From positions 1 to 60,630 of the forward strand of contig DASXQR010000035.1 in assembly GCA_036507075.1 (NCBI GenBank): a stretch of 60,630 bases of DNA, read 5' to 3'. This DNA comes from Acidobacteriota bacterium. GTDB lineage: Bacteria; Acidobacteriota; UBA6911; JACQSX01. Under the pieces are notes generated by a model that searched no databases, was not told the DNA's origin, and saw nothing but the letters and a program-made list of their open reading frames with translations. Within the stretch, counting starts at the first letter, position 1, and each line of letters opens with the position of its first letter. Shown here piece after piece: positions 49,878 to 60,000 of the stretch. The position numbers were made by a program, and so were the translations under genes.

Positions 49878-50128
49878 GCCTTCGTCTCTGTTCGGTTGGA
49901 GAAGTAATGAGTGAGATTCATCCTGCTGTGATGTACGAGAAGGAAGCAGCCAAGTACGTGCGACTCGGGATTCACCAATTTCTGCGCCTCGTCAATGCCG
50001 AGAAGATCCCGTGCCGGAACCATGAGGGCGGTATGCGCAGAATCTACCTCAAAGCGGATCTGGATAATTACCTGCAGGCTCTCCCGAGATGTAAGATTGT
50101 CTCCTCGAAAAGGAGGCTTAGCTTATGA
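49874..50128 (+). CDS. Excisionase-like HTH protein
   Basis: EKEAAKYVRLG...KIP...RIYLKADLDNYL; ATGA-coupled to the integrase. Confidence 0.75.
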   Translation: MSLRLCSVGEVMSEIHPAVMYEKEAAKYVRLGIHQFLRLVNAEKIPCRNHEGGMRRIYLKADLDNYLQALPRCKIVSSKRRLSL

Positions 50129-51225
50129 GTGTAAGAAGGCATCGCGGAAAAACCATCATCGACACGCGCTGGCCGGACGGGACGCGTTCCAGGACAGTGG
50201 CTCTGGATGAAGAAGCGGCAGGCAACCTGGATCTGCGAATTCGTGCGGCGAAGCTCGATGGAAGCTGGCGGGAACTGAGGGACCGGCTTTCGCCAGCTCT
50301 CGACAGATATCTGATCTTCAAGAAGTACGCCAAATTCTACATGCGTGAATACGTGGCTTCTCACAACCGATCGCGCAAGTACAAGCGCCAGCGAATTCGC
50401 CAACTCCTGAAGGTTTTCAGACACCTGAGACTTGATGCGATCGGGCCGCATCACGTCAGCCAGTTCATACGCCGGCGAAAGAAGCAGGGCGTGTCAAACT
50501 CGACCATCAATAAAGACCTCCACGTCCTGCACCACATGTTTGTGTGGGCGGCAAAACAGCGAATCATCAAGCGGAATGTCTTCGAGTGGTTTGATGAAAT
50601 TGACAAGCTCGAAGAAATCGAAGTGAAACGTCCCCGGGCAACCGATGAAGTCCTGGACGCGATCTTTGCCAAGTTGGACAAGCGCGTCTATCCGCTGTTT
50701 ACGTTCATCAGGGAAACGGGGTGCAGGAAGCAAGAGGCATTTGGGCTCAGACACTCGCAGGTTGATTTCGGCCGGCGGGAGGTTACCTTCAGCGGCAACA
50801 CAAAATCCGGCAAAGCCAGACCCGTTCCTTTGACTGAAGACGCTCTGACGGCGATCGAGGCAATGCCTAAAGCGCCGGACTGCCCTTACGTCTTCTATCA
50901 TCCTGAAAGCCTCACCCGTTGGCACGACTGCAGGAAGCCGTGGAACTGCGCAAAGAAGGCGGCAGACGAGGAAGCAATCGAGAACGGAAAGCAGGCCGAG
51001 CATTCCTGGGTGATCGTCAAGGACATGCGGACCGCCTACGGGATCAAGTTGGCCGAAGCGGGCACACCGATGCATGCCATTCAAAAAGTTTTGGGCCATG
51101 CCTCGGTGACAACTACGGAGCGTTACTACGCCAAATACGCTCCCGAATCGGCAAGTGAAGAAGTACGGCGGCGCCTCAATCTGATCAAGGGCGGTAAAGA
51201 CCTGGGGCACAAAACGGGCACATAG
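50125..51225 (+). CDS. Tyrosine integrase
   Basis: ETGCRKQE (R), TKSGK (K), KDMR and LGHASVTTTERYY (H, Y); ends 47 bp from the tRNA 3' end. Confidence 0.93.
   Translation: MSVRRHRGKTIIDTRWPDGTRSRTVALDEEAAGNLDLRIRAAKLDGSWRELRDRLSPALDRYLIFKKYAKFYMREYVASHNRSRKYKRQRIRQLLKVFRHLRLDAIGPHHVSQFIRRRKKQGVSNSTINKDLHVLHHMFVWAAKQRIIKRNVFEWFDEIDKLEEIEVKRPRATDEVLDAIFAKLDKRVYPLFTFIRETGCRKQEAFGLRHSQVDFGRREVTFSGNTKSGKARPVPLTEDALTAIEAMPKAPDCPYVFYHPESLTRWHDCRKPWNCAKKAADEEAIENGKQAEHSWVIVKDMRTAYGIKLAEAGTPMHAIQKVLGHASVTTTERYYAKYAPESASEEVRRRLNLIKGGKDLGHKTGT
51205..51222 (+). promoter_or_regulatory. Putative integrase arm-type site within the last codons of the integrase gene
   Basis: GGGCACAAAACGGGCACA immediately before the TAG stop. 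Confidence 0.75.
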
Positions 51226-51272
51226 GTTCAGAGGGTTAGCATGCTGATTGGCTGTATGTGGTTGGAAACATG

Positions 51273-51349
51273 TGGCGGGGCCGACGAGACTCGAACTCGC
51301 GACCTCCTGCGTGACAGGCAGGCGTTCTAGCCAACTGAACTACGACCCC
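51273..51349 (-). tRNA. tRNA-Asp (GTC)
   Basis: GGGGTCGTAGTTCAGTTGGCTAGAACGCCTGCCTGTCACGCAGGAGGTCGCGAGTTCGAGTCTCGTCGGCCCCGCCA: cloverleaf, GTC anticodon, encoded CCA. Confidence 0.97.
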
Positions 51350-51362
51350 GGTTAGGAGAAAG

Positions 51363-51391
51363 ATTGTACATGCTGGAACCGTTTTGAACAA
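51363..51391 (-). promoter_or_regulatory. Candidate tRNA promoter TTGTTC-17-TACAAT
   Basis: Consensus-like boxes just upstream of the tRNA 5' end. Confidence 0.5.
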
Positions 51392-51600
51392 GAGAAGCAG
51401 TAGTGGGCTAGTTTGGGTGCCATCGAAAAAAGGGGATTTCACCACAGAGTTGTAACTGGATCATAGATCCCAGCACAGCGCATGAAAAAAGGATGCGCCT
51501 GACTCCGGAATTTTCACACCAGTCACAGAGAATCGGTACAGGCCGAGGACGGAAGTAGAAAAGTAGAAATATTTCGTGGAAGCTTGCGCAGTCGAACTGT

Positions 51601-51730
51601 GACGCCGACCACGCCAACGCCTACGACAACGCCCACGAACACGCCCACGGCCACCAACACGTACGACCGTCCTGGTCGTCGTCGTTTGGGTGGTCGTCAT
51701 CGTTGGCGTGGTCGTACGCCTGGTCGGTCT
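51601..51730. repeat. Degenerate 6-mer repeat tract (CACGCC/CACGAC) followed by its inverse
   Basis: Directly visible low-complexity quasi-palindrome. Confidence 0.7.
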
Positions 51731-51820
51731 GGGTGAAGTTGTACTTTTGTTACGCCCCGGAATTTTCATCCGAGGACAGAAAACACAGGAAGACCTTCAG
51801 CTCGCAGTGGTCAGCACCCT

Positions 51821-52075
51821 AGTGATCCCTTACGACAGTGATCCCTTACGACAGTACCGCGGGCGTCAGCCCGCGCACGGCGCATCGACCGGTTTCCTCA
51901 CGGTCAGTACCGCGGGGCATGAGCCCGCGGCGCGCAAATCAAACAGCCTGAGGCTTACGCGTGGCACTGATGGGTCAGATCACGGTGATGAGCGCGCCGC
52001 GGGCTCACGCCCCGCGGTACTGACGTAGTGCAGACAGATTAATGGGCCGTGCACGGGCTGACGCCCGCGGTACTG
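51821..52075. repeat. 16-bp tandem duplication plus four REP-like units (CAGTACCGCGGGCGTCAGCCCGCG) in nested inverted orientation
   Basis: AGTGATCCCTTACGAC x2 at 51821-51852; two forward and two reverse REP-like units at 51852-52075. Confidence 0.8.
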
Positions 52076-52247
52076 CAAAAGACAGAGCTGACTCGGCTTT
52101 TGGTGGCGGCCTTCGGCCGGGCTGTGCCCCTGTGGTGAAGTCGTTTTCCTGATGGCAATCAAACCAGATCAAACCATCACGCTGATTCTGTCATTCGTGT
52201 CGATCTCCTTGCCCTGATCTACGTTGTCCTGCTAAGTTGCCACATCT

Positions 52248-53330
52248 ATGGAACAATCCATCCTGGTTGGAATTGTCACGCCCGCTGAATCGAAGGCGGC
52301 GGCGGCGCAGCATCTGGAGGAGCTGCGCGAGCTGACCTTCAGCGCGGGAGCGGCCGTAAGAGACGTGGTGCTGCAAAGTCGACCGCGGCTGGACCCGGCT
52401 TACCTGATCGGCCGCGGCAAGGCGGATGAAATCGCCGCCCGTGTTCAGGACGAAAAACTGGACCTGGTAATCTTTGATGAGACACTCTCTCCCGCGCAGC
52501 AGCGTAATCTTGAGTCCCTGCTGCAATGCAAGGTGATCGATCGAGCGGCGCTGATACTGGATATCTTTGCGCAGCGCGCTCGAACACGGGAAGGGAAACT
52601 GCAGGTGGAGCTGGCGCAACTCAACTATCTGCTGCCGCGACTGGCGGGTTCCGGCACGGCGCTGTCCCGCCTGGGCGGCGGAATAGGGACGCGCGGGCCC
52701 GGCGAAACCAAGCTCGAAATGGACCGCCGCCGCATTCGCACGCGCATCGCTCGCATCAAGACAGAAATTGAAAAAGTACGCAAACACCGCCAGCTCCATC
52801 GGTCCCGGCGTCAGGGCATCCCGGTGGCGGTAGTCACCATGATCGGCTACACCAACGCCGGAAAGTCGACCCTGTTTTCCGCCCTGACGCGCGCAGAAAC
52901 ATTCCGCTCCGCGCGCATGTTTGCCACGCTTGATCCTCTGGTGAGAAGAATTCATCTGCCGCGCAGCGGCGACGTGCTGCTGACCGACACGGTGGGATTT
53001 GTGCGAAAACTGCCGCCCGATCTGGTGGCGGCCTTCCGCGCCACTCTGGAGGAAATAGGCGAGACCGACCTGCTGCTGCACGTGGTGGATCGAAGCCAAG
53101 AAAATTTCCGGGATCAGATTGCAGCCGTCGACCAGATTCTCACAGAGCTCGGATTTCAGAAGATCCCGATGCTGCTCGTCTATAACAAAATCGATCTGCT
53201 GGACAAAGGCGCAGTGGAGTCGACCGAGAGCGAAATCATCGCAGTATCGGGACTCAGAGGAACAGGTCTGGACGGCTTGCGCGCAGCCATCGATTCGAGC
53301 CTGTCCCCACGGGTAACCGGAGTGCGTTGA
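52248..53330 (+). CDS. hflX: GTPase HflX
   Basis: ILDIFAQRARTREGKLQVELAQ, GPGETKLE, GYTNAGKSTL, FATLDP and DTVGF. Confidence 0.97.
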   Translation: MEQSILVGIVTPAESKAAAAQHLEELRELTFSAGAAVRDVVLQSRPRLDPAYLIGRGKADEIAARVQDEKLDLVIFDETLSPAQQRNLESLLQCKVIDRAALILDIFAQRARTREGKLQVELAQLNYLLPRLAGSGTALSRLGGGIGTRGPGETKLEMDRRRIRTRIARIKTEIEKVRKHRQLHRSRRQGIPVAVVTMIGYTNAGKSTLFSALTRAETFRSARMFATLDPLVRRIHLPRSGDVLLTDTVGFVRKLPPDLVAAFRATLEEIGETDLLLHVVDRSQENFRDQIAAVDQILTELGFQKIPMLLVYNKIDLLDKGAVESTESEIIAVSGLRGTGLDGLRAAIDSSLSPRVTGVR

Positions 53331-53331
53331 A

Positions 53332-54651
53332 ATGTATCAGGTGGCCATCATCGGCAGGCCGAATGTCGGCAAATCAACTCTATTCAACCGTCTTACCGGA
53401 ACGCGGCGGTCCATCGTGGGGGACGAACCGGGTATAACGCGCGATCGCATCTACGGCACGGTGGAATGGCAGCAGAAGAAGTTCGCCCTGGTGGACACGG
53501 GCGGAATGATCCCGCGTGAATCCGAGTTAATCGCATCGGAGATTTTCAAGCAGGCCGCCGTCGCCATCAAGGAAAGCGACCTGGTGCTGATGATGGTCGA
53601 TGCGCAGAGCGGGCCAGCGCCTCTGGACAAAGAGCTGCTTGAGTTTCTGCGCAAGACAGGAAAAGAGATCTGGCTGGTTGTCAACAAAATCGACGTTCCA
53701 AAACATGAAGACCTGAGCAGCTCTTTTTACGAACTCGGTCTGGAACATGTCTATCCGGTTTCAAGCGAACACAAGCTGGGCGTGGACGACCTGATTTCCA
53801 ACATTGCCGGGCGTGTCGCCCCATCCGGCCCGGAAGAGGAGAAGCCGGGTGAAGTCCGCATCGCCATTGTCGGCCGCCCGAACGTGGGCAAATCGTCCAT
53901 TGTGAATCTGCTTTCCGGAGAGCAGCGCGTCATCGTGACCGCCGTGCCCGGCACCACTCGGGATTCGGTCGACACCTTGATCCGGCGCGAAGGCCGGCAA
54001 TTCCGTCTGGTGGACACGGCAGGCATCCGTCGCAAGGGAAAAACCGAAGCGATGGCCGAGAAGTTAAGCGTGGTAATGGCGCGCAAGAGCCTTCACCAGG
54101 CCGAGGTCGCCGTGCTGGTCATCGATGGAACAGAGGGTCCCACCAAGCTGGACGCCGCGATCGCCGGTTATGCACTTGAGGAGGGCTGCTCGGTGCTGCT
54201 GGTGGTCAACAAGTGGGACCTGGTTGAGGATCGCGCCCAGGCAACACTGAAGTATAAGGATGAAATTGCCCGCCGGATGAAGTTTCTTGATTTTGCTCCG
54301 GTTGACTTCATATCGGCGCGAACGGGCCAGCGCGTGGTCAAGATCCTCGATAATGCGGCGCTGGCTGCAGAGTCCAGGCGCAAGCGAATTTCAACCGCGG
54401 AACTGAATGATTTTTTCCATGGCGAAATCCGCAGCTCGCACATGGAGTCGGCATCGGCCGGACGGTTCAGGGTCAAATACATCACCCAGGTCGGCGCGTC
54501 GCCGCCCACTTTTGTCATGTTCGCCAGCCCGCCCAAGGTCCACTTCTCACACCAGCGTTTTGTGATCAATCGGTTGCGCGAACGTTTCGGTTTTTACGCC
54601 ACGCCGATCAGGCTTCTGATCCGCAGCGGCCGCAGGGCAACTTCTTCTTGA
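53332..54651 (+). CDS. der: Ribosome biogenesis GTPase Der (EngA)
   Basis: Two GRPNVGKS G-domains plus a KH-like C-terminus. Confidence 0.97.
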   Translation: MYQVAIIGRPNVGKSTLFNRLTGTRRSIVGDEPGITRDRIYGTVEWQQKKFALVDTGGMIPRESELIASEIFKQAAVAIKESDLVLMMVDAQSGPAPLDKELLEFLRKTGKEIWLVVNKIDVPKHEDLSSSFYELGLEHVYPVSSEHKLGVDDLISNIAGRVAPSGPEEEKPGEVRIAIVGRPNVGKSSIVNLLSGEQRVIVTAVPGTTRDSVDTLIRREGRQFRLVDTAGIRRKGKTEAMAEKLSVVMARKSLHQAEVAVLVIDGTEGPTKLDAAIAGYALEEGCSVLLVVNKWDLVEDRAQATLKYKDEIARRMKFLDFAPVDFISARTGQRVVKILDNAALAAESRRKRISTAELNDFFHGEIRSSHMESASAGRFRVKYITQVGASPPTFVMFASPPKVHFSHQRFVINRLRERFGFYATPIRLLIRSGRRATSS

Positions 54652-54724
54652 CTTCCTGAAGAGGCTATCCTTATCATATTCTCAATTGTGTATCTAAGTA
54701 CTTGCTAAATCTGAGGAAAACGGC

Positions 54725-54991
54725 ATGATAAAGGCAGACCTTGCGCGGCTCGTTTATACAAAACATGGGGGGGTCTCGTACCGCGATGCCAAGCATATTG
54801 TCGAGATCATGATCGACAAGATGAAAGATCGACTGATCGCCGGCGAGAACGTCAAGTTGACCGGCTTTGGTTCGCTCAACGTGGTGAGGCGGCGCCAGAG
54901 GTTGGGTCGAAACCCTCAGACCGGCGAAGTCATTACACTCAAGCCACGAAAATACATCAGCTTTAAGCCCTCCAAGCATCTGAAGTTTTAG
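54725..54991 (+). CDS. Integration host factor/HU family protein
   Basis: VKLTGFGSL...GRNPQTGE...FKPS. Confidence 0.92.
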   Translation: MIKADLARLVYTKHGGVSYRDAKHIVEIMIDKMKDRLIAGENVKLTGFGSLNVVRRRQRLGRNPQTGEVITLKPRKYISFKPSKHLKF

Positions 54992-54997
54992 TGTTTG

Positions 54998-55465
54998 ATG
55001 GAGCAGATACCCAAGAAGCTGTTTTACAAGATCGGGGAAGTCTGCGACCTCTGCCAAATCCAGCCCCACGTCCTACGTTACTGGGAAACGGAATTCTCAC
55101 AACTCTCGCCTTCCAAAAACAGCAGCGGCCAGCGCGTCTATCGCTACCGCGACCTTCAACTGGTGCTGAGAATCAAGCAGTTGCTTTATCAGGAAGGCTA
55201 CACCATCGCGGGAGCAAGCCGAAAACTGGCTGGTGAGGGTTTTGGCGGCGCCGCTTCTGATTCGCGGCGTGAAAAGGGCAGGCTTGACGAAGATGGGATC
55301 GGGCCGGATGCCGCGCTTCCTTTCACACGCAATGAAGGTCGGTCCGGCCGGAACGAGAGCAGCGCAAAAGTAAAGAAGGCCGACCAGGAGAGCGGCGCAG
55401 AACAATTGCTCGATCAGATCCGCTCCGAGCTGCAGGAGATTCTGGATTTGCTTTCCGAGGAATAA
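54998..55465 (+). CDS. MerR-family regulator (IHF-linked type)
   Basis: [12 protein letters not shown]...[10 protein letters not shown]...GQRVYR...[12 protein letters not shown]. Confidence 0.92.
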   Translation: MEQIPKKLFYKIGEVCDLCQIQPHVLRYWETEFSQLSPSKNSSGQRVYRYRDLQLVLRIKQLLYQEGYTIAGASRKLAGEGFGGAASDSRREKGRLDEDGIGPDAALPFTRNEGRSGRNESSAKVKKADQESGAEQLLDQIRSELQEILDLLSEE

Positions 55466-55525
55466 AAAACCACAAAGACACGAAGGACACAAAGATTTTT
55501 TGTGCCCTTTGTGCCTTTGTGGTGC
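55465..55525. terminator. 9-mer-type inverted repeat (CACAAAG/CTTTGTG) between convergent genes, likely bidirectional terminator
   Basis: ACCACAAAGACACGAAGGACACAAAG...TTTGTGCCCTTTGTGCCTTTGTGGT; the same unit occurs at 904-932. Confidence 0.55.
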
Positions 55526-55529
55526 TCTC

Positions 55530-57005
55530 TTATGCCAGCTTCAAATCGCGCACCGCGCGGCCGGCCGCTTTCAGGTTTGCCAGCTTCATCTCTGAGTACT
55601 TGCGCGAGAGAATTACGCCGTGCGCGCCGCCATTGAATGCTGCCTTAACGGCATCGTAGACATCATCCGGCTGTGTTTTCTTTTCGTCACTGCCCGTCGG
55701 AATGTCGATATCGATGCCGGGCCAGACCTTGACGTTGGATCCGACCCCCGCGACGGCTCGCCGCGTTTCCCGCAGGACGTAATCGGCGCTCAAACCTTCG
55801 CGCGGAATTCGATCCAGAGGTTTTTCGTTGGGGTACTGCTGCACTCGATAGATGAACTCCAGTGTCTGCTCCGGCGTCAGGTCTCCGAACAGCGTGGAAT
55901 TGACATTGCGCACATACCGGGCCATGCGCGGCCCGCCGCAGTTGTTGTACATCACCACCTTCAAGTAATCAGAGTACTTGCTGAATTCACCATAATCCTG
56001 CTCGGCGCGATAGAAAGGCGCAAAGGAATTCGTGTGCCAGATGTGCCAGCCGATCGGCTTGCTTTGAACGATGGTATGCGCAAGGCTGTACATGTCGCGA
56101 TAAGTGTCGCGCAATCCTTCGTTCCAGAGGCGTTCCCAGCCGAGCACCTCGGGATGCTCGACAAGAATTCGCCAGAAAGTCACAAACGCGCCGTCCACCG
56201 GCTTTTTGGCTGATTTGCCGCCCAGGATCCATTCCTCCAGAGCAAGGAAACCCTTGCGCGCCCGTTCCACGTTGATTCCCTCCTTGCGGGCGGCATCCAG
56301 GCAGTAATTGCAGAAACAGCCGACGTTCAAAGGGCTGGGCCCGGCGCCATGGCTCGCTCCCAGGGCGTTGTTCAAGGGGCCCTGTCGCTCGCTGCCCCAC
56401 ATCAGGCCGTCCACGTCGTAGGAGCGGAGGTAATCTTCCACCAGTCCTTTCCAGAAATTCCGCGTGTTGGGATTGCGCGTGCATGTACGACCGGTGGGTT
56501 TTCCATGCAAGTCGATTTCAACCGCCTTTTCCAGCCCCGGGACATCCTGGCGAAAGACATCTTCAAACCAGCAGATCACCTGCATCTTTCGCTTATGGGC
56601 CTTGGGAAGAACGTCGGCAATGACGTCGTAGCCCGGATGGTCTTGAGCCTTTTCGGGCTTAATGCTGGTGTTGCGATAATACTGCGGATGCGGCGTGGCA
56701 AAGTTGCCGCCCCGGAAATTATCGTCATATTCCTGCTTGCCGTGATCGGGAAGCGGACTTCCTCTGGGCTGGCGGCCCGCAATGCCGCGGCCGTAAGTGA
56801 AGGTGGCCAGGAACAGCGTGTTGATATTGGCCATTTGCTGGAATCCATCCAGCACGTTGTCGGTTCCTTCGTCCACAAAGGAAATAGCGCCCACCTGGAT
56901 GCCAATCATGGGCTGGGTAGGGGCGGCCCCCGACGGCATTTGCCCCAGCATCACGCCGCCTGCGGCCAGGGCCGAGTTCTCAAGAAATTTTCTGCGACTA
57001 ACCAT
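55530..57005 (-). CDS. Tat-exported hypothetical protein (glycoside-hydrolase-like TIM barrel)
   Basis: SRRKFL Tat signal; YDVDGLMW, CFC..C; downstream of a TonB receptor. Confidence 0.7.
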   Translation of the reverse strand: MVSRRKFLENSALAAGGVMLGQMPSGAAPTQPMIGIQVGAISFVDEGTDNVLDGFQQMANINTLFLATFTYGRGIAGRQPRGSPLPDHGKQEYDDNFRGGNFATPHPQYYRNTSIKPEKAQDHPGYDVIADVLPKAHKRKMQVICWFEDVFRQDVPGLEKAVEIDLHGKPTGRTCTRNPNTRNFWKGLVEDYLRSYDVDGLMWGSERQGPLNNALGASHGAGPSPLNVGCFCNYCLDAARKEGINVERARKGFLALEEWILGGKSAKKPVDGAFVTFWRILVEHPEVLGWERLWNEGLRDTYRDMYSLAHTIVQSKPIGWHIWHTNSFAPFYRAEQDYGEFSKYSDYLKVVMYNNCGGPRMARYVRNVNSTLFGDLTPEQTLEFIYRVQQYPNEKPLDRIPREGLSADYVLRETRRAVAGVGSNVKVWPGIDIDIPTGSDEKKTQPDDVYDAVKAAFNGGAHGVILSRKYSEMKLANLKAAGRAVRDLKLA

Positions 57006-57015
57006 TACGCCTCCT

Positions 57016-60000
57016 TCAGAAAAGCATTTTCAATCCGAACTGGATGATGCGGGGACCGCCCGCCGAAGTGACCACGCCAAAATTACCTCCGCCCAGGTCT
57101 CGCCCCGGCTGGCCCAGATTGGGGTGGTTGAAGGCGTTGAAGAACTCGGTGCGGAATTGGACCCGCATCCGTTCCCGCACTTCGAAATTCTTGAACACAG
57201 CCAGGTCCCATGTCTGTGAGCCTGGCCCTATTACTGTGGAGCGGCCTGCATTGCCGAAACGGTCCGCGGGCGCAACAAAGCAGGACGCATTAAAGAAAAT
57301 CGGATCCCCGGATCTGGGATCCAAGGTCCTTTCGCTCCGTTTCAACGTTGGATCGCAGACCTGGTCGGGACGCGTGGCGCCGTCGGTGCCGATCGCCAGC
57401 GGGTCGCCCTGACGACGGATCGTAATGGGGAATCCGGACTGAAGGGAAACGATCCCGTTCACTTGCCACCCGCCGATAAACTGATTGACCAAGCCGGGCA
57501 CGCCGGAGGCGAACCGCCGGCGGTGCCCGAAGGGAAGATCGTAGATAAAGGAAGAGACGAACCGGTATTTATGATCAAAGGGCGCCAGCGCCTTGTCCGC
57601 CTTCCGGTTGAACATGTCCTGAATGCGGTTTCCCGTATCGTTGTCCCCGCCGCTGAAGGGTTGGGCATCGCTGATCGCCCTGCCCCAGGTAAACGCGTGG
57701 ATGAAAGTGAGACCTCCTGAGTATCGCTTCTCCAGCCTGCCCATCAGGGCGTGATAGTTGGAACAAGCGCTGCTGGTCGTAGTGAACCAGTTGTCCAGCG
57801 TGATCAGTTGCCCGTCAAAAACGGCGAAGGGAAGCAGGCGCCGCAAGTGCGGATGCACGGTGGACGGAATGATGGCGCTGGGGGACCGTGGTTCGCGCGT
57901 GTTCATGTTTTCGCGCCGGTTCAGCTTCGTTCCTTTGTTTCCGGCGTACGCAACTTCGGCGATCAAATCGTTGCCCAGTTGCCGCTGTAGGCTCAGGTTC
58001 CACTGCTGCATGTAAGCGTTGCGGAAACTCGCCTCGTAGGTATTCGGTCCGGGAGTAAACGATCCGATCGGAGGATCATCCAGCAGGTAGCCGATAAAAG
58101 CCTCCGGCGTTGGCGGGCCAAACTGGAAGGAAGACAGGGACTGCTGGTCTTCGCGTACGAACGGCAGATTTTCCACCGCATCCTGGAAGTAACTCGCCGG
58201 TACCGTGTCAAAGAAGATCCCGTAGCCGGTGCGAATCACAGTGTTGGAGCCCAGGCGATATGCAATACCGATGCGCGGACCAAAATCGTTCTTCTCGACT
58301 TCGACCAGAGACCTGGGCAGCTCTCTGCCCGCCAGCGCGATCACCGGCAGTCGCTCGACAAACAGGTCGTTGAGCGTGAGTCCCAGCTTGAGAGGATCGA
58401 GGCTGGTACTGAGACCGGCGCATTTTTTCTGGTCCCTGCAAAAGGAGATGCCGCCTTCGGCAAAGCTGGAAGGGAATTTTGGAACCGTAATGGCAGAGAT
58501 GTGGTTGCGAGTCTCCTTGGGCGGAATATAGAGCTGGTAACGCATACCGTAGTTGATCGTGAGTCTGGAAGTAGCCTTGAAATCATCCTGAAAATACCCT
58601 GCGTACTCGGTGGCTCGCAGGAAGCTCGAGTGGTCGCCGGGACGTCGCGCCTTCTGCCGGGTCAGACCGAGCAGGAAGTTGGCGAAGGTATTGCCTGTTC
58701 CCGGAAATCTTTCCAGACTGGTCCAGGTGGCATCTCCAAAAATGAAATCGCCGCGAGTATTGGCGGGATTGCTGATGACATCCAGGCTGATGCGGCGCAG
58801 TTCAAATCCGGCTTTAAAAAAGTGCCGTCCGTGGTTGAACGAGTACATGTCGATGAACTGCCACGTGTCGTCGCTTCTGCGCGACTCGCTGCCGTCGGCA
58901 AAGCTGGTGAAGCCGCTGACCGAAATTCCCGGAGCTCCCGGCCCCGCAAGAGGCAGCCCGCGGATCCCGAGTTCCTTGACCAGATTCTGGCCGCCCAGAA
59001 TGCGGTCTGCCGCCGACTTTGGCCGTTCGCGCTGGTAACTGGCGCGCAGGTCGTTGATCCGGGTGGGGCTGAGGGTCCTGACATAGCTGCCGCCAAGCAC
59101 CTGCTGGCGATTCAAGCTGAAATTTTCATTTCCCGGAAAATTGCCGGGGCTTTCCGAGGTCGTGTCATTGAAGCCCCATCGAACGTAGAAAGTATCGTTG
59201 ACGGAGAGATGGTGGTCCACTTTCACCATGAACTGATCCCCATCGCTGCGACTGCCGCGATTGTCGAAATAGTTTCGCAGCGGATTGCCGGTGTTGCTGT
59301 CGCGCGCTCCCGGTGAATTCGGATTGGGCCAGAGCCCCTTCTCCAGAATCTTACGCGCCACCGGATCGAATCGATCGATGGGAATCTTGTTGTTGGGGAA
59401 CGGATCGCGCAGGAAACGGCTGGGAGCATTCGGGTCGGGCCTTGAAGTGCGGGGATCGAAAATCTGATTGGCCAGCACGGGACGTCCCAGCGGGTCGGTC
59501 CCCAGTTGTCGCCCCAGAATGGAAGAAAAATCTCCCGATCTGAATGCCGCATCGGGCACGTTGCGCTGGCCGACGCCCGCGTTGACCTGCCGGGAACCCT
59601 GATAATCCGCGAAAAAGAATGTTTTGTCTTTCAGCACCGGGCCGCTCACCGAGCCCCCGTACTCGTTTCGGTTCAGCGGCGGAGCGATGAATTTTCCCTT
59701 TTTGCTCACAAAGAACGGGTTTCGCTGGAACAGATTTCGCGCCTGCACGGCATCGTTGCGATTGAACTCATAGAGCGTTCCATGAAATCTGTTGGTTCCC
59801 GACTTGGTGACGACATTGATCTGTCCACCCGCGCCTTTGCCGAACTCGGCTGAGTAGTTGTTCACCTCGATTTTGAATTCTTCGATTGCGTCAACGGAAG
59901 GACGGAAGGAGATGCCTGTGTCCCATTGATCCGTGTTGGACATCCCGTCCAATTGGAAGGCATTCTGCTCGGACCGCGTCCCGCCGATACTGATACCGCC

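Larger units (their letters stand above)
30517..51317. mobile_element. ~20.8-kb integrative element (phage-satellite-like) in tRNA-Asp
   Basis: 45-bp direct repeats, tyrosine integrase adjacent to the tRNA, xis/AlpA-like genes, replication ATPase and TerS, with no recognisable capsid/portal/TerL/tail genes. Confidence 0.88.

Noticed and set aside
30517..51317. Element-wide TAG recoding (genetic code 15)
   Set aside because: Several element genes, including the integrase and the DUF3467-like and HicB-like genes, end at TAG at plausible lengths, and no suppressor tRNA is in the window.
30517..51317. Complete prophage or conjugative ICE
   Set aside because: No recognisable capsid, portal, TerL, tail, lysis, relaxase or T4SS genes.
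51461..51769. Thr/Arg-rich ORF, and the Ser/Pro-rich ORFs at 1863-2123
   Set aside because: Translations of simple sequence repeats.
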